Assembly (NCBI GenBank): GCA_037128175.1
Contig: JBAXWY010000014.1
Span: 1 to 57,425 of the forward strand
From: Methanothrix sp.
Lineage (GTDB): Archaea; Halobacteriota; Methanosarcinia; Methanotrichales; Methanotrichaceae
Direction: 5' to 3'
Length of the DNA stretch: 57,425 nucleotides
The position numbers were made by a program, and so were the translations under genes. Positions 8,837 to 18,752 of the stretch are shown here, in pieces. Below the pieces are notes generated by a model. The model was not told the origin of the DNA. It was given only the letters and a program-made list of their open reading frames with translations, and made no database searches. Position 1 is the stretch's first letter, and every line of letters begins with the position of its first letter.

Positions 8837-9535
8837 CTATTTTTTCATGGCTTTTTGCGCCTGCTCCATCATCATCTGGGCCGCTTTGTAGTAGGCATCG
8901 CGAGGCATCAGCTCCCGGCTCACCTGTTTTTGCAGCTCCTCGGAGATAATGCCCTCTTTCGCGAGCTGGCGACCTGCTTCTTTAGCAGCCCGGAAAATTC
9001 CGTCCACCAATCCCGTCTCCCCCGCCTTTACCATCTCTTTTACGCCTTCTGCCATGGGGCGCAGCAGGGCTCCCGCAAAGTCACTGCTTTCGTCCGGCCT
9101 GGTGTAGATGGCCTTCATCTGCAGGAGCATTGGGTCGAACATGGACAGTTCCCAGGCGCCGCAGGTGGAAACGAGAACGATCTTCTGCTTCTTTGCACTC
9201 TGGCCACCCATATCATGGATGGACAGTTGCCTGTCTATCAGGTTTTTCAGGGGACCGGTCATGCCTGCATAGTAAACCGGGCTGGCCCAGACGATGACAT
9301 CCGCCTCTTTAATCTTGGGCAGCAGCATCTGCATGTCATCCTTCTGGCCACAGGTGCCGGGGTTTACAAACCAGCAGCTCATGTCTCCATTGCAGGCTCC
9401 GATCTTCAGCTTCCTGGTGAAGAAAACTTCCACTTCGCTGCCTGCTTCCTTCATACCATCCAGAAAGGGATTGAGGATCATAGCCGTATTTCCCTCATCC
9501 ATGTGAGGGCTGCCGTTTATTGCAAGAACCTTCAT
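8837..9535 (-). CDS. Flavodoxin-like / iron-sulfur flavoprotein family (NADPH-dependent FMN reductase fold)
   Basis: MKVLAINGSPH, CNGDMSCW...C..KDDM, ASPVYY, KNLIDR; start moved to ATG 9535. Confidence 0.85.
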   Translation of the reverse strand: MKVLAINGSPHMDEGNTAMILNPFLDGMKEAGSEVEVFFTRKLKIGACNGDMSCWFVNPGTCGQKDDMQMLLPKIKEADVIVWASPVYYAGMTGPLKNLIDRQLSIHDMGGQSAKKQKIVLVSTCGAWELSMFDPMLLQMKAIYTRPDESSDFAGALLRPMAEGVKEMVKAGETGLVDGIFRAAKEAGRQLAKEGIISEELQKQVSRELMPRDAYYKAAQMMMEQAQKAMKK

Positions 9536-9652
9536 GAGAATTATTTGTGGGGCCCAATAGATAAATAATGATCGTAGTTGCATAATTGGCTATTGGAAAA
9601 AAACAAAGAGCCGGAAGTTATATCGACCAGGAGAACTCAAGGATCTTTGGAA

Positions 9653-10429
9653 ATGTCCTCATATTCGGCGTATAGCGGAAGCGGTCTTGATCAGATAGAT
9701 CCTTTTGATGCCAACGACTCCAACCTCTGGCGCAAAGCCGAGTACCTGGGTCGCTACCTCTTTGCCACTGATTTTTTAAGATCGCATAAGCCGGATCTTG
9801 TGGCCGATATCTCCTGCGGCCTGGGATACGGAGCTGCACAGCTATGCAGTGTGGCAGGGAAGGTTATTGGCGTTGACAAGAATCGGACTCTGATGGAATC
9901 GGCCCGCCAGAGGCATAAAATGCCAAAACTGCATTTTCTCCATAAAGACCTGGATGAGGAAGAGTTGTCTCCCGAAATAGAAGATGGCAGCGCTGCGGCT
10001 GTGGTCAGCTTCGAGACCCTGGAGCACTTGCTTGATCCCTTTCGGACGGTAGCCCAGTTCTCCAAAATCCTGCAGCCGGGTGGTTTTTTTATCTGCTCGG
10101 TCCCCAATGTCCTTTCCGAGTCCGGCGACAGTAGCGGTCTTCCCAGGAACAAGTCCCACAAACAATGGTTTAATTTCGCTTCGCTCTCCCGGCTGGTGGC
10201 ACAAAACGAAATGCAGGTGATCTACCGGCTGGGCCAGTCCTGGTCCAAAGCGCTATTTCGAAGAGAACAGCAACTGTCCAATGCCAAGCGAATCATGCGA
10301 AAGCTTGGTGATGAGCCGAGCATGCATTCGCCGGAGATGATGCGATGGCTCTCTTATGTCGCGGCCTATCCCACGGTCGAGGATGTGGACGGCTCTTACT
10401 CTATCATCATCGTTGCCCAAAAAGAATAA
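9653..10429 (+). CDS. Class I SAM-dependent methyltransferase
   Basis: VADISCGLGYG, IGVD, VSFETLEHL, LQPGG.FICSVPN; start moved to ATG 9653. Confidence 0.88.
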   Translation: MSSYSAYSGSGLDQIDPFDANDSNLWRKAEYLGRYLFATDFLRSHKPDLVADISCGLGYGAAQLCSVAGKVIGVDKNRTLMESARQRHKMPKLHFLHKDLDEEELSPEIEDGSAAAVVSFETLEHLLDPFRTVAQFSKILQPGGFFICSVPNVLSESGDSSGLPRNKSHKQWFNFASLSRLVAQNEMQVIYRLGQSWSKALFRREQQLSNAKRIMRKLGDEPSMHSPEMMRWLSYVAAYPTVEDVDGSYSIIIVAQKE

Positions 10430-10457
10430 GATAACGATTTGGCGATTGATGAAGCAA

Positions 10458-11114
10458 TTAGATCCTTCCAATGCCTCCGCCCCCACCTCTCTTTTTTTCG
10501 TAAACGGAAAATCCCATCTTCTCCAGAAGCACTCTCGCCTCCCCTTGACCATGCAGCAGCACCTCGGCCAGATCCTCCGGGCAATCGATGTCAGATCCCG
10601 CCCGGAATGACTCGAAGACGGAGACCTCAAGGCCCGCCTGCCGGGCGTAGTCCAGGTGCTTGGGAAAACTCACTCCCTGGTAGCAGGTGCGAAACTCGGG
10701 GCTCCTGATGAGAATCATGTTTGTCCCGCCCCCCCTTCCCGGGCAGAGCACCACATCGCCCGGACAGCTCAAAATACCCGCTACGTCTTTTTGTGTCAAA
10801 AGAGCCAGATCGGCCATAACGATCAGAATATCCGATGGCCATCCTTGCATAGCCTCACCGGCGATAAATGCGTTTAGAGCATCATTCAGATCCAGTTCTG
10901 ACTCTGCAATCTCGACATCGTAGCCGACCTTCGCGGCGTCCAGCCTAGGTCGGGAGAGGACCGTCGCCCAGCCCAGGCCCAAAACGGCATGCAAGACATC
11001 CTTCAGCATGGCAAATGACAAGAGCTGCCGCTCTTGGGGTGTGAGAACAGACACCAGCCTGCTCTTTGCCCCCTGGTTCTTGAAAGGAATTACCATGTGT
11101 ATTGGCTGTCCCAC
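10458..11114 (-). CDS. cofC: 2-phospho-L-lactate (PEP) guanylyltransferase CofC
   Basis: VIPFK...AKSRL, AMLKDV, MADL, GGGTN, SF.KH, DIDCPEDL; adjacent to cofE. Confidence 0.93.
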   Translation of the reverse strand: MGQPIHMVIPFKNQGAKSRLVSVLTPQERQLLSFAMLKDVLHAVLGLGWATVLSRPRLDAAKVGYDVEIAESELDLNDALNAFIAGEAMQGWPSDILIVMADLALLTQKDVAGILSCPGDVVLCPGRGGGTNMILIRSPEFRTCYQGVSFPKHLDYARQAGLEVSVFESFRAGSDIDCPEDLAEVLLHGQGEARVLLEKMGFSVYEKKRGGGGGIGRI

Positions 11115-11147
11115 GAAAGAACAGCTTTAACAAGCTCTGATAAAACT

Positions 11148-11879
11148 TTAACTCTTCAGGCGAGGCCGGATCACATCTTTGTCCTCAGCCATGAAGACCG
11201 AGCCGTCGCCGCTGCGAGGGTATTTCAATCCACGAAAAACAACAGCCGGTGTCCCGTCTCCTGCCTCGCCCATGAGCAGATTGGCCATTGCTGCGATCTC
11301 GTCTACAATGGCTTCTAAGGTGATCTCCAGGGCCTTGCCGTGCAGGTCTTGCACCCCGCGCCAGTCGCGAAGAGCTGCTATCCCCGCCCAGCCTATGGCC
11401 ACGCCGGCAACGCCCGCGCGAAAGGGCCGGCCGCAGGTATCTGTGATGATTACGGCGCAGTCCTTTCCTAGACTTGCGCGCAGCCGCACCGCACTGGCGC
11501 GGGGGTTTTCGGGCAGCAGCAGTATGCGGGCGTCTCCTACGTTGGACTGATCAATCCCGGCGTTAACGCCCACATGACCAAAACGGGTCACTACCAGCAG
11601 AAAGGGTTGGTCGAGCAAGACCTCCACCGATTCGTCCAGGACCGCCTGCACGAATCTGGGGTCTTTGCCGACTTTTCCGGCAATCAGAGCGGCTCTGATC
11701 GTGGGATGATAGCTTTCCAGCTCCCGGAAACGGCCCTCCGACTTGGCCACGATGGTACTGGCCAGACAGAGCACATCACCATCTTGAAAATCAAAAAGAG
11801 ATTTGGCCAGCAAGGCAATATCGTCGCCTTCCTTGATGATTGGTAGGCCACGAATGACGTAGCCTTGCATTGATGGCAT
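11148..11879 (-). CDS. cofE: Coenzyme F420-0:L-glutamate ligase CofE
   Basis: GLPII.EGDD, STIVAKSEG, NAGIDQSN, IITDTCGRPFR.G, DEIAA.ANLLMGE. Confidence 0.95.
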   Translation of the reverse strand: MPSMQGYVIRGLPIIKEGDDIALLAKSLFDFQDGDVLCLASTIVAKSEGRFRELESYHPTIRAALIAGKVGKDPRFVQAVLDESVEVLLDQPFLLVVTRFGHVGVNAGIDQSNVGDARILLLPENPRASAVRLRASLGKDCAVIITDTCGRPFRAGVAGVAIGWAGIAALRDWRGVQDLHGKALEITLEAIVDEIAAMANLLMGEAGDGTPAVVFRGLKYPRSGDGSVFMAEDKDVIRPRLKS

Positions 11880-11880
11880 T

Positions 11881-12114
11881 CTATTGAAATCGCTCGTCAA
11901 AAGGCATCTTGCTGAGGCGGTAGAGCCTGGCCTGAACCAGGAGATCAAGCAGATAGGAGTAGTTCACGGCGACGATCGCCGTCCTCTCCTCACTGATCTC
12001 AGTCCAGGGAAGACCACCATAGCCTTCTGCATATTCCATCCAGAAGGCCGGCGGGGAGAAATCAAGCAGATACTTGTTCTCCTCCGTAAAAGTGAGGGTG
12101 ATCTTCTCTTCCAT
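11881..12114 (-). CDS. Hypothetical protein (77 aa)
   Basis: Fills the gap exactly between eif2b and cofE on the same strand. Confidence 0.7.
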   Translation of the reverse strand: MEEKITLTFTEENKYLLDFSPPAFWMEYAEGYGGLPWTEISEERTAIVAVNYSYLLDLLVQARLYRLSKMPFDERFQ

Positions 12115-12744
12115 CTAAGGCACCTTGCCGGTTCGCTCCACAACCTCGGCGAAGGCCAAAGTTCCGCTGATCTTCTTGATCTTGGCCTTGACGATCTCGC
12201 CTTTGACGGCACTGGGCACGAAGATGAGATACTTATCCACCTTGGCTATGCCGTCGCCCTTGTTGCCCACGGACTCAATGCGTAGCTCATAAGTCTCACC
12301 CTCTTCGATGACATCCTTCTGCACGATCGTGGCAGCCTTTCTCTTTCTCACCGGTCGGTGAGCGCCGCAGGCATCGCACTTGAGCGTCAGAACACGATCG
12401 CTCTTGAGGAGGTGAGTGTCGGGCAGCCTGCACTCCGTGCAGACTACATATTCCTCGAAGTAGGACTCTATCTGGCGGGCGATGGCAGTCTCGCCGAACT
12501 TTCCCTGAAAGACGCCGCGCTGCCCCTCGATCTTGCCCGCTGTGCCCATCTCCTGGAGCAGATATTTCATAAGGTGCTCCGGTTCGCGATTTAATGTGTC
12601 CGCGATGGCCCCGAAGTTCTCCAGTACGGTGGTCTTGCCTTCGTAAAAGACCTTGACGGAAGGTATGACGAACCGCTCTTTGGACTCCCGAGTGGCCGGC
12701 ATCTTCTTCATGGCCCGATCCAGGCCCGCTAAATAGTCATCCAT
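12115..12744 (-). CDS. eif2b: Translation initiation factor aIF-2 beta with C-terminal TRAM domain
   Basis: [40 protein letters not shown] motif. Confidence 0.95.
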   Translation of the reverse strand: MDDYLAGLDRAMKKMPATRESKERFVIPSVKVFYEGKTTVLENFGAIADTLNREPEHLMKYLLQEMGTAGKIEGQRGVFQGKFGETAIARQIESYFEEYVVCTECRLPDTHLLKSDRVLTLKCDACGAHRPVRKRKAATIVQKDVIEEGETYELRIESVGNKGDGIAKVDKYLIFVPSAVKGEIVKAKIKKISGTLAFAEVVERTGKVP

Positions 12745-12757
12745 CCAGATACCTTAA

Positions 12758-13273
12758 TTATTTTATCAGCTCTTGACCCGACTCTATTATGATCTGAATC
12801 GGTGTCGGCAATTTATGCCCTGCCCTTGTCAATGCCACCTTGGCGTCGTTAAGGTACGTAAGTGGTACTCCCACGGTAAAGAGCTTCTGGCCTGCTTCGA
12901 CCCTGGCTGCAGTTCCCACAGCCTTGCCGAAAGCCATCCTCATGCCGCTGGAGACACGGTCGGCGCCTGCACCCGTAGCCTGCTTATTCTCTCGGATGAC
13001 ATGATGGGGATAAGTGCGCAACTTGAGGTGGAAGCTGGTTCTGCCTGCCGTTTTCATAAGGAAACGGTTGGCTGCAACTCTGGCTGCTTCAAGAGCGGTA
13101 TGCCTGATCTGGCAGGGTTCCTTGACCACTAAAGTGATCTGGATGGGAAAATCTTCAGTCAAATTTCCCATATCATAGTGCACTACTTTGCTTCCAGGAA
13201 CGCCGCCCATGTATTTTCTGCGCGTGTAGGGCCGTTCCCTCCTTCTATACATGCTTGCTGGCTTGCGTGTCAA
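12758..13273 (-). CDS. rpl10e: 50S ribosomal protein L10e (uL16)
   Basis: [42 protein letters not shown]. Confidence 0.97.
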   Translation of the reverse strand: MTRKPASMYRRRERPYTRRKYMGGVPGSKVVHYDMGNLTEDFPIQITLVVKEPCQIRHTALEAARVAANRFLMKTAGRTSFHLKLRTYPHHVIRENKQATGAGADRVSSGMRMAFGKAVGTAARVEAGQKLFTVGVPLTYLNDAKVALTRAGHKLPTPIQIIIESGQELIK

Positions 13274-13349
13274 AACGAAATTCCTCCGATAATCCTGAGA
13301 TTGGTGCTACTATGCACCTTGCTTATAAGGTTTGGCCTTGGCTGCCGGC

Positions 13350-14597
13350 TTACACCGTGATGGGCGTGGAGAAAGATATCTCATTGGCTAGAGGCCTCTT
13401 CATGAGCGTGCGGATATCTTCCGGACTTTTTGCATTTGCGACTGTCCACATGAGCTTGACCAGGGCTACCTCGGGCAGCATATCTTCGCCCTCAATTGCT
13501 CCGCCGTCCAGCATGTCGCGTCCTGTGTCGTATACCCGATCGCATATCCTGCCCCGCAGGCATTGTGAGGTTACCACCACTGGGATATTCTCTCCTGTGG
13601 CCCTCTTAATGCTGTCTATCCAGTCGGATGCCACGTGACCTAAGCCCGTGCCCTCGAGGACGATGCCGCGATAGCCCTTATCGATGTAGTAGTTCATGAT
13701 CTCCGGCGAAGATCCCGGCGTGTACTTGACCAGGGCGCATTGGGGCTCAAGCTTGTCCATAACCTCCAGTTTCACCTCGCCCCTCCGGCGGTAGGGCTGG
13801 AAGGTCTGGATCTTTCTGGTGAGGTAGTCTACCTTTCCAAGAGGCGCCTGGTTTATGCTCTGGAAGGCGTCCCGGCGAGAGGTGTGCATCTTCCGGACAC
13901 GTGTGCCGCGGTGGATGGTGCAGTAATCGTCGCTGGTTGTGCCGTGCATCACTACACAGACCTCGGCAATGTTGCTGATGGCAACGCTTGCCGCACAGAC
14001 GGCGTTCATGGAGGCGTCGCTGCTGGGCCGGTCGGAGCTCCTCTGCGAGCCGACGATGACTACGGGCACGGGCGTTCGGAGCATAAAGGAGAGCGCCGCA
14101 GCGGTATACATCATGGTATCTGTGCCGTGGGTTATGATCACGCCCTGTGCGCCTGCAGATATCTCTTCTGCCACAGATTGTGCGAGCTTTATCCAGTATT
14201 CGGCGCGCATGTTCTCGCTCAGGATCTGATAGATGACGCGGGCTCGGTAGTTGGCGATCTCCTCCAGCTCCGGGATGGCGGATATGATTTCGCCGGCAGA
14301 GAACTGGCTGGTGACGGCTCCCGTGCGGTAATCGACCTTGCTGGCAATCGTTCCTCCGGTGGATAGAATGGAAACCTGGGGAAGGCCCTCTCTCACCGGC
14401 AAAGGCCCGGTCTTGTGCAGTGGCAAACTTTCCGGGCGCTTTTGCAGGAGCGCGAGCTCACACTTAGCGGCACATAGGCCGATATTGTAGCCGTTGTCCA
14501 GCTTAATAACCAAGTATCCTTCGCGTCGGGAAGGCATAAGCACGCCCTCGAAGGATGTGCCGTCCCTCTTAACGGAGATTCTGTCACCCAGATCCAT
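13350..14597 (-). CDS. gatD: Glu-tRNA(Gln) amidotransferase subunit D
   Basis: [55 protein letters not shown]; start moved to ATG 14597. Confidence 0.96.
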   Translation of the reverse strand: MDLGDRISVKRDGTSFEGVLMPSRREGYLVIKLDNGYNIGLCAAKCELALLQKRPESLPLHKTGPLPVREGLPQVSILSTGGTIASKVDYRTGAVTSQFSAGEIISAIPELEEIANYRARVIYQILSENMRAEYWIKLAQSVAEEISAGAQGVIITHGTDTMMYTAAALSFMLRTPVPVVIVGSQRSSDRPSSDASMNAVCAASVAISNIAEVCVVMHGTTSDDYCTIHRGTRVRKMHTSRRDAFQSINQAPLGKVDYLTRKIQTFQPYRRRGEVKLEVMDKLEPQCALVKYTPGSSPEIMNYYIDKGYRGIVLEGTGLGHVASDWIDSIKRATGENIPVVVTSQCLRGRICDRVYDTGRDMLDGGAIEGEDMLPEVALVKLMWTVANAKSPEDIRTLMKRPLANEISFSTPITV

Positions 14598-14646
14598 TTT
14601 TAACTCACCAGATTCGCATTTACCCAAACTACTTTGTGCAAGGCAT

Positions 14647-14894
14647 GTGACCACTCCCACGAATAAATTCGCAGACATCTACGGTCTTTCAACCGAGGGA
14701 ATGTGATCCCATTCCCAATTTTTTTGGGTGGTTTTGTGCGCGCTGCTTGAGTCTTTTCAACTGCTGGCAGCAAACCAGACAAGCCTGTACATATCTGGGA
14801 ATATATATAGCCATGCTGTGGAGCGAAAGTAATAAAGGCGGGGCACGATTCATCCCGCCTCTAAAGAGGCAGGGATTCTCTGCCCCTGCGTCCC
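14647..14894 (-). mobile_element. Gene-less IS605-type miniature element (left end, TATA-like box, probable reRNA scaffold, right end)
   Basis: Left-end-like hairpin ccctgcctctttagaggcggg; right-end-like gcgaatttattcgtgggagtggTCAC; internal tatatata; left boundary approximate. Confidence 0.6.
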
Positions 14895-15010
14895 AGCGAT
14901 CCTCATTGCATTCTATCCAGTCTCGCCTGTCAACATATTCTCTCCTTGCCATTGACTACTTCACATTTATTAATAATAAAACTATTTCTCTTTTTGATCA
15001 ACACAGTACC
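14895..15010 (-). pseudogene. Possible remnant of an IS5-family transposase 5' end
   Basis: MARREYVDRRDWIECNE resembles the rdW..YNe N-terminus of IS903-group/IS5 transposases; it is cut off by the miniature element. Confidence 0.3.
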
Positions 15011-15059
15011 TTGAGTGGGAACAAAGAAGATTAATGGGAAAAGCGGCAAAGGTGGCGAC

Positions 15060-15593
15060 ATGATTTATTTCGTGACCAGCAACAAAGGAAAGTACGTTGA
15101 GGCGCAGGCAATCTTTGGCGATCTCGAGCAAAGGGACATCGGCTACGCCGAAATTCAGGCAGACACTTTGGAAGAGGTGGCTCTCTATGGCATGTTAGAG
15201 GTCGCCGCCCGGTTGCAGGGTCCTGTGATGCTCGAGGATGCAGGCCTTTTCGTAGAGGCTCTGCAGGGTTTTCCGGGCGTTTATTCCGCGTATGTGCAAA
15301 AGACCATAGGCAACGCTGGGATACTGCGGCTCATGGAGGGCCAGAAGAATCGATCAGCTTACTTCAAATCGGTGGTCGCCTACGCTGAGCCGGGCATGGA
15401 AACTCTATTGTTCTCAGGAGAGGTGCACGGGCAGATCGGCTTTGAGGCGCGGGGCAAGAAGGGCTTTGGCTATGATCCCATCTTTTATGTGGGCGACGAG
15501 AGTTTGGCGGAGCTGGATCTGGAGAAGAAGAACCAAATATCTCATCGTGCCATCTCCATGCGCGCTCTAAAAAAATGGCGGGATAATCGCTAA
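15060..15593 (+). CDS. rdgB: Non-canonical purine NTP pyrophosphatase (RdgB/HAM1)
   Basis: FVTSNKGK, EIQ, EDAGL, GFPGVYS, GFGYDPIF, KNQISHR. Confidence 0.95.
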   Translation: MIYFVTSNKGKYVEAQAIFGDLEQRDIGYAEIQADTLEEVALYGMLEVAARLQGPVMLEDAGLFVEALQGFPGVYSAYVQKTIGNAGILRLMEGQKNRSAYFKSVVAYAEPGMETLLFSGEVHGQIGFEARGKKGFGYDPIFYVGDESLAELDLEKKNQISHRAISMRALKKWRDNR

Positions 15594-15899
15594 CCTTTTT
15601 TCTCAGATATATTGATAAACCCAAATCTGCGATGTAGCAAAAATTTATATAGTAAAAATATACAGTTACTGTCATGGATAATCTAGATATAAGTGGTTGG
15701 CAGGAATATGGAGATAAACTCGCTTGGTACGATGCAATTTAATTATTTCTAATTTGTTGATTAACTTATAAATAATGAATCATAGAAATAATAATCGAAA
15801 TAATAATCGTACGACATAGCAGCTACAATCCGTTTTATGGACGGATTAGCTGGTCACAATCGTCTATATGATCACGCGATGCTTAGTAGTATTTAGGAG

Positions 15900-16037
15900 A
15901 TGTTGATGATGGATTATATATTGATTTCATTAGCGCTCGTGGGCAGTCTGGTCCTGTGGTGGTCGTTTCTGGCTCTCTCTGGATTGAAGAGATCCAAACT
16001 ATGCGATGAAAGCCGTTTCTGCTTTGTCAAAAAATGA
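15900..16037 (+). CDS. Small single-pass membrane protein (45 aa), absent from the ORF track
   Basis: MLMMDYILISLALVGSLVLWWSFLALSGLKRSKLCDESRFCFVKK*; ggag upstream. Confidence 0.5.
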   Translation: MLMMDYILISLALVGSLVLWWSFLALSGLKRSKLCDESRFCFVKK

Positions 16038-16050
16038 AACCCTTGATCCA

Positions 16051-16311
16051 TCACTGCCGCTTCTTCTCCAGAGCGCAGCGCGGCAGCATCTTGTCATCGA
16101 TGGCTTTGATGTAAGGCGCCTGGACGGCAGAAACATAGACCTTACGCTCTCCTACTAATATTACGTGATCTGTCGCCTTAGGTGGGCTGATTCTGATGGA
16201 GAACATGATGGGCCCTTCACAGGTGGTGGCCACGCGTAGGTCAGTAGAGCGGGCGAGGATGTACTCCTCCATCTCGGGAGTGATTTTGAAGGAAAGTGGT
16301 TTGGCGGGCAT
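16051..16311 (-). CDS. Hypothetical protein (86 aa)
   Basis: Protein-like composition (RVATTCEGP...PPK.TD...VYVS); divergent from rnp4. Confidence 0.7.
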   Translation of the reverse strand: MPAKPLSFKITPEMEEYILARSTDLRVATTCEGPIMFSIRISPPKATDHVILVGERKVYVSAVQAPYIKAIDDKMLPRCALEKKRQ

Positions 16312-16365
16312 TCAAGTGCAGATCTCTCAGGCATGTAGAAATAGGTTTTCAAAAACTCTTAGAGC

Positions 16366-16449
16366 CTGATAATTATAACCAGGGGTTAGGGAATTGAACC
16401 GCAGAGTCGCAGAGCGCACAGAGGACGAACGCACGGAGCTATTTTGCAG
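16366..16449 (+). repeat. Solo copy of the core of the 32.5-36.3 kb repeat unit
   Basis: ctgataattataacc, a spacer, then ccgcagagtcgcagagcgcacagaggacgaacgcacggag; matches the minus strand of the array units. Confidence 0.8.
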
Positions 16450-16522
16450 GGATTTTGGATAGCAGGCCGGATACCAGCCGATCAAATAGTATTAATATCC
16501 CGATCTCTTCAAGGAGTAGCCC

Positions 16523-16840
16523 GTGAGACGGAGAAAAGACAGCCACAAAACCAGAGATCTGGCCTTACATCGTATGGAGAGGCTTTTTGCGCTGGCAGCG
16601 GTAGCGCACGCCGCCCACCCGGAGAGGAGCGACAGATATGTGCAGATCGCCAGGAAGATTTGCACCCGCACCAGAGTCAGAATGCCCCGCCCGCTGAAAA
16701 GGCTCTTTTGCAGACACTGCGGCAGCTTTCTCTCACCGGCAGCGACGAGGGTTAGGCTTCGCGAAGGCGTCCTGACCATCACCTGCCTATTATGCGGCGA
16801 ACAGATGAGGCGCCCGTACCGGTCCTCCGGGAAGGGTTAG
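16523..16840 (+). CDS. rnp4: Ribonuclease P protein component 4 (Rpp21)
   Basis: A..RM.RLF.LA, RYV.IARKI, KR.FCRHC, ITCLLCG..MR.PY. Confidence 0.93.
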   Translation: MRRRKDSHKTRDLALHRMERLFALAAVAHAAHPERSDRYVQIARKICTRTRVRMPRPLKRLFCRHCGSFLSPAATRVRLREGVLTITCLLCGEQMRRPYRSSGKG

Positions 16841-16861
16841 CCCGGAAAGTACCGGCCAGGA

Positions 16862-17341
16862 CTAATCAATGCTATCGGAAGTGGACAATCCCAGTTGATC
16901 GTAGCCTATGTACTGCATTATACGATCTTTCTTGTCTCCGATCAGTTCTTTCTCGCGATCGAGTATCTCTTTTACCAGTGTGGCGACCGGCACCTTTCCC
17001 TCCCAATTTCTGTCCAGGATGTCATTCGAGGATGATTCCTTGGCAACCTCATTGGCAACAAACGCGCAAAGGTAGATATCATCCACATAGCCGATTGGAC
17101 CGTATTTCTCCTCAGGGATGATGTCCTCAGGAAGGATAAAATATGCAATGGCAGCGATGACCAGCGGCGACATCGACCTGGGAAGAGCCTGGTCATCCAG
17201 GAGTCTGGTCATCATTTTGTAGAGGGCCGGGGCCTGGTGAATTAGCTGGGAAAATTCGCCATCATAACCGGATATATCTTTTTCCAGTATGGCATCAAAT
17301 CTCTTCAAATCAAAAACCTCTTCCCTCCTTATGGTGTGCAA
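16862..17341 (-). CDS. YkvA/DUF1232-family protein
   Basis: AAIAYFILPEDIIPE...IGYVDDI. Confidence 0.85.
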   Translation of the reverse strand: MHTIRREEVFDLKRFDAILEKDISGYDGEFSQLIHQAPALYKMMTRLLDDQALPRSMSPLVIAAIAYFILPEDIIPEEKYGPIGYVDDIYLCAFVANEVAKESSSNDILDRNWEGKVPVATLVKEILDREKELIGDKKDRIMQYIGYDQLGLSTSDSID

Positions 17342-17476
17342 TTAATTAACTTTTGTGCCCAAAAAACGTTTATAGTGGCGGCCAGGGGTGATGTGTAGAT
17401 GTGCCTGGCGGGAACAACGGTATCCCTGGCCCTTGGTGAAAATTCAAATAGCTGTAGTGCATAGCAGCCGCAAACG

Positions 17477-18136
17477 ATGTACGATTATCTTCTTAAATTG
17501 GGCACCTGGGCCCTGCTCGCCCTGACGGCCATCTGCATGATATCTTCCGGCGCACAGTTTAACGGCACTACCTATCATCTGGGGGAGAAAGAGGCGTTGA
17601 TCACTGTGCCTATCAATGCCAGCCAAATAAATCTCACCCTGTTTGAGAAGACGGAGAATATGACGCTTTTTGACGAATCGGGCAAGAACGTCACCTTCAA
17701 CAGCAGCTATCGATTCATGCGGGGAGACCATATCTACAGCCTGACCTTTGCGAGGCCAATCAAAGGAAGGTTGATCTACACCATGCATCTGCAGGGCCAG
17801 CAGTTCATTCTTCCCATTAGAGATCATGTCCCGCTGCGCATAATTCTGCCGGCGGGTTTCACAACGGGAGAACTGAGCCTGGGCATAGCCAGGCCGGCGC
17901 CGGACGAATTCGTGGATGATAATTCCGGAGGCATTCTCACCTGGAATAATACCACGCAAATTTCGTACATCGAGGTCAACTATTACAGGAGAAGTGCCCC
18001 CCAGGCATTGATGATTATTTTGGCCATCCTGGCTCTGACGGGTTTGGTCCTGCTGGCACAGTACTACATCAGCATCAGAAAACTGAAAGATGCCAGGATG
18101 GAGATGGAAAACGAGGCGAATGGGAAAAATCGCTGA
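17477..18136 (+). CDS. Membrane-anchored hypothetical protein (DUF5803-like)
   Basis: N-terminal signal, IILPAG...LG.ARP.PD, YY...APQAL, C-terminal TM helix. Confidence 0.75.
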   Translation: MYDYLLKLGTWALLALTAICMISSGAQFNGTTYHLGEKEALITVPINASQINLTLFEKTENMTLFDESGKNVTFNSSYRFMRGDHIYSLTFARPIKGRLIYTMHLQGQQFILPIRDHVPLRIILPAGFTTGELSLGIARPAPDEFVDDNSGGILTWNNTTQISYIEVNYYRRSAPQALMIILAILALTGLVLLAQYYISIRKLKDARMEMENEANGKNR

Positions 18137-18164
18137 ATGGTAATTGCTCAATGAATTTAGCGAG

Positions 18165-18752
18165 TTATGAGGAAGTGCCTGCTACCAAAAGTCCCAGCAG
18201 TCTCTTTATATCTTCACGAAAATCATCCAGGTTGCCGTCATTTATAAGCTTCAGGTCGGCGATCTTCATGGCCTCGCACATGCCCCATCCCATCTCCCTG
18301 CATTCCCTCTGCTCGAGAGCAGCTGCCGCAAGGCTGTCCGGCTCCCCACAAGAGGGATCGTCGGGTCGGCCCCGCGCCGCCAGCCATTTCAGCCGCGCTT
18401 CCACTGGTGCACATACCTCCACCAGGTGAAACTCATCGGCATTTAAGCGAAAGAAGTCCGCCTCCTCTCGGGAGCGCAGACCATCTACCACTACGACATC
18501 CTTTCCCGAAGCTTTTGCCCTCTCAAAAGTAATTTTGGCCACAGCATCCGGGCCATCAGAGGCTCGCAAGGCATTGCCGATGCGGCCCAAATTTTGGTCG
18601 GTAGGCTCCAGGTTCTGCCGGACCGCTTCCTGGCGGATGACGTCTCCCATGACCACTACCGCCAAACCATGCTGCCTGGCAATCTGAGAGGCTTCTCCCT
18701 TGCCTGAGCCCGGCAGGCCCACAAAACCGATGATCTTCATCTTATTCACCAT
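18165..18752 (-). CDS. P-loop nucleoside/dephospho-CoA kinase-like protein (UPF0200 type)
   Basis: IIGFVGLPGSGK, MGDVIR, VVDGLRS..E, RGRPDD, RE..WG, AD..LIN. Confidence 0.88.
   Translation of the reverse strand: MVNKMKIIGFVGLPGSGKGEASQIARQHGLAVVVMGDVIRQEAVRQNLEPTDQNLGRIGNALRASDGPDAVAKITFERAKASGKDVVVVDGLRSREEADFFRLNADEFHLVEVCAPVEARLKWLAARGRPDDPSCGEPDSLAAAALEQRECREMGWGMCEAMKIADLKLINDGNLDDFREDIKRLLGLLVAGTSS

Noticed and set aside
15786-15809. gaaataataatc direct repeat, two copies
   Set aside because: Only two AT-rich copies; compatible with slippage, though a regulator site cannot be excluded
16051-16311. Possible selenoprotein-like small redox protein
   Set aside because: No in-frame TGA before the terminal stop and no SECIS-like element seen
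17390-17432. ggccaggg...ccctggcc hairpin as a riboswitch or guide RNA
   Set aside because: A single stem with no complete C/D, H/ACA or riboswitch motif set
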